64,000 nucleotides of DNA, from NCBI GenBank assembly GCA_951406725.2, contig OX597817.1, positions 59,396,001-59,460,000 of the forward strand, read 5' to 3'. Shown here piece by piece: positions 61,440 through 64,000 of the stretch (its first letter is position 1; each line of letters begins with the position of its first letter). The translations under genes were made by a program, and so were the position numbers. The DNA comes from Octopus vulgaris. Taxonomy: Eukaryota. Below the pieces are notes generated by a model. The model was not told where the DNA came from. It saw nothing but the letters and a program-made list of their open reading frames with translations, and did not search any database.

Positions 61440-64000
61440 TTAGTTTCTTTATCTGGCTTGCAAGATTCTTTATGTGGATTCATGTGTTGAAACAAATTTT
61501 GTTGTGTCTAGGGAGAGTCATCATGTCAATATCATTAACACATGCAGTGTGTGTGTTAATGATATTGGCATAATGATTCACCCTAGACACAACAAAATAT
61601 ATATATACACACACACACACACATATGCATGTAGATACATACTCTGCAGCATGGTTGGTGTCAGGAAGAGCATCCAGCCGTAAACACAAAGCCAAAACAG
61701 ACACAGTGGCCTGGGGTGGTCTTCTACCTGGCCAGCTCCTGTCAAACGTCCTACCCATGCATGCATGTAAGACGAACATTAAATGATGATGATGATGGTT
61801 ATTTACAATGGACGGATAGGTATCCTCACTTTGTTGTTATCACAACATTTCAGCTGATGTATTCTCCAGACTTCATCAGGTGTTCTGGGGTACACTGTTC
61901 TCATTCCTAAGATATGTTGCTGATGTTAGCTTTCTGTTGATATTATTTTTCAAGTCCCAGCCTGGGATTGAACTTGCGCGTGCACGTTTATATACATTCT
62001 CCATCACTTCTTCACAACCAGCATTAGTTTGTTTATGCCCTAGTAACCTGGTGGTTCAGCAAAAGAGAACCAGCGTTGGTTTGTTTATGCCCTAGTAACC
62101 TGGTGGTTCAGCAAAAGAGACTAACAGAATAAGTACCAATTTGGTTGACTAAACTTTTCAAAGTGGTGCCCCAGCATGGCCACAGTTCAGTGATTGAAAC
62201 AAGTCAAAGGGAAAAGAGAATTAGTTCCCTTGCATCATAAAAATCATAAATTTGGAAGAACTTTCTTTGATTAATAATTTGTTCGACCAACTGCCCAATG
62301 TTTTGATCTGTGTCCTCAATTTCCTGTTATATTTTGGTGACCCCCACCATCAACAGGACTGAAACAGACCACAATGACATAACCTCCTCTCTGGGGTTGG
62401 TCAATTTTGTGGAGTTTCATATTTTTCAGGTCACAAATTACAAACCTTGGTATATAAGTATCTGTTTCTTTATTACCCACAAGGGGCTAAACATAGAGGG
62501 GACAAACAAGGACAGACAAACGGATTAAGTCAATTACATCGATCCCAGTGCGTAACTGGTACTTAATTTATCGACCCTGAAAGGATGAAAGGCAAAGTTG
62601 ACCTCTGCGGAATTTGAACTTAGAAGGTAACGGCAGACAAAATATGGCTATGTATTTTGCCTGGCATGCTAACGTCTCTGCCAGCACGCCACCTTGGTAT
62701 ATAAGTATCATCTATATACTCCCACCTCTGCTGGTAACAAAGGGCCTCTCGCTCAGAATAAAAGGCAGACTGTATGATGCCTCAGAGTGGTTGGCGTTAG
62801 GGAGGGCATCCAGCCGTAGGAACCTTGCCAAATCAGACTGGAGCCTGGTGCAGCCTCCCGGCTTGCCAGTCCTCAGTCACACCATCCAAACTATGCCAGC
62901 ATGGAAAGCGGATGTTATATAACGATGAGGATATATAATGACAGTTACTGAAACGTGAAAATGAAAGAGAATGAAATAATTTTGCATCAGAGAAATGAGC
63001 ATATAGTCACATGACTTATTACTGACCTATTTGACAAGGTTAAGGGATGAGCCAAGGGTAATTGCCCTAAATCAAATTATATTATCACATGTTCAGGCTG
63101 TATGTCACAGAATAAACAAACATAATTGCTTGACGAACTTCTGGTGTCACATAATCATTCCATAAAAACCATCTTTTAGTTTTTATTTCAGACTATAGCC
63201 ATGCTGCAGCATCACCTTCAAGAAGTTTTGTCAAGCGAATCGACCCTAATACTTGTCTTTCCCTTTTTTTCTAAACTAAATACTTATTCTGTTAGTCTCT
63301 TTTTTCTAAACTAAATACTTATTCTGTTAGTCTCTTTTGCCAAACCGCTAAGTTATGGGGGACGTAAACACACCAGCACCAGTTGTCAAGAGATGGTGGG
63401 GGACAAAGACACATACACATGGATATATATATATATATATATAAATTAGAAAAAAACACCTTTTATCAATTCAAAATGAAAAATTTAATTACACCATCTA
63501 GAAAATTACATATAATAGAAAGATTAAATATAAGATAAAAAATATAACGATGATTAAGTAATGTGCAAAATAATAAATAAAACGTATATATTTGGTAAAT
63601 AATAAATAAATACCGGTGACATGTAAAAAACAGTCACTACATTCCCGGAGTGGTTGTCATTAGGAAGAGTTTCTAACCATAGAAACCGTGCCAAATCATA
63701 TCGGAACCTGGTGCAGCTCCCTGGCTTACCAGTTCTTAGTCAAACCATCCAACCCATGCCAGCATGGAAAACAGACGTTAAATGATGATGACTAATGACT
63801 GATGACAAAGGATAAACCAAGTTGGATGGGAGAGGGGTGCAAGGGTATGATGGCATAAATAGATTGAGATGATGGATTAGTAAAAGGAGTAAGGAGAGTG
63901 ATGAGTGATAGCAACAGGAATTGATAAATGGTAGGATTGAAAGGTGAATGTTCAATAGCAAGTGGTCAGAGATAGGGACAAGACGTATTGAAGAAGTAAA

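Overview
Eukaryotic, AT-rich, intron- and repeat-dense genomic DNA. The SINE families and microsatellite load point to an octopus (coleoid cephalopod); this is an inference. I assembled three spliced genes by hand using GT-AG junctions and phase checks. (1) TIPRL/TIP41-like, + strand, six coding exons from 2513 to 11130, with the first coding exon upstream of the window. (2) A divergent 144-aa calmodulin-like protein, + strand, three exons from 31111 to 38424, with only one canonical EF-hand loop. (3) A complete 343-aa cathepsin B, - strand, eight coding exons from 58895 to 41115, with the His-His occluding loop intact. Almost all ORFs in the supplied track are repeat artefacts. The rest of the window is transposon-derived: several SINE families, R4/Dong, RTE, CR1 and Penelope remnants, non-autonomous Helitrons, hAT, piggyBac and mariner MITEs, a pogo remnant and a solo LTR. 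The most unusual observations are a multi-level nest of foldback elements inside one cathepsin B intron, several minimal hammerhead-ribozyme-like cores in Penelope-type short repeats, a perfect 62-bp palindrome made by copying a SINE tail into the opposite arm of a hairpin element, and a LINE fragment flanked by a ~120-bp direct duplication. I found no clear new multi-gene system.
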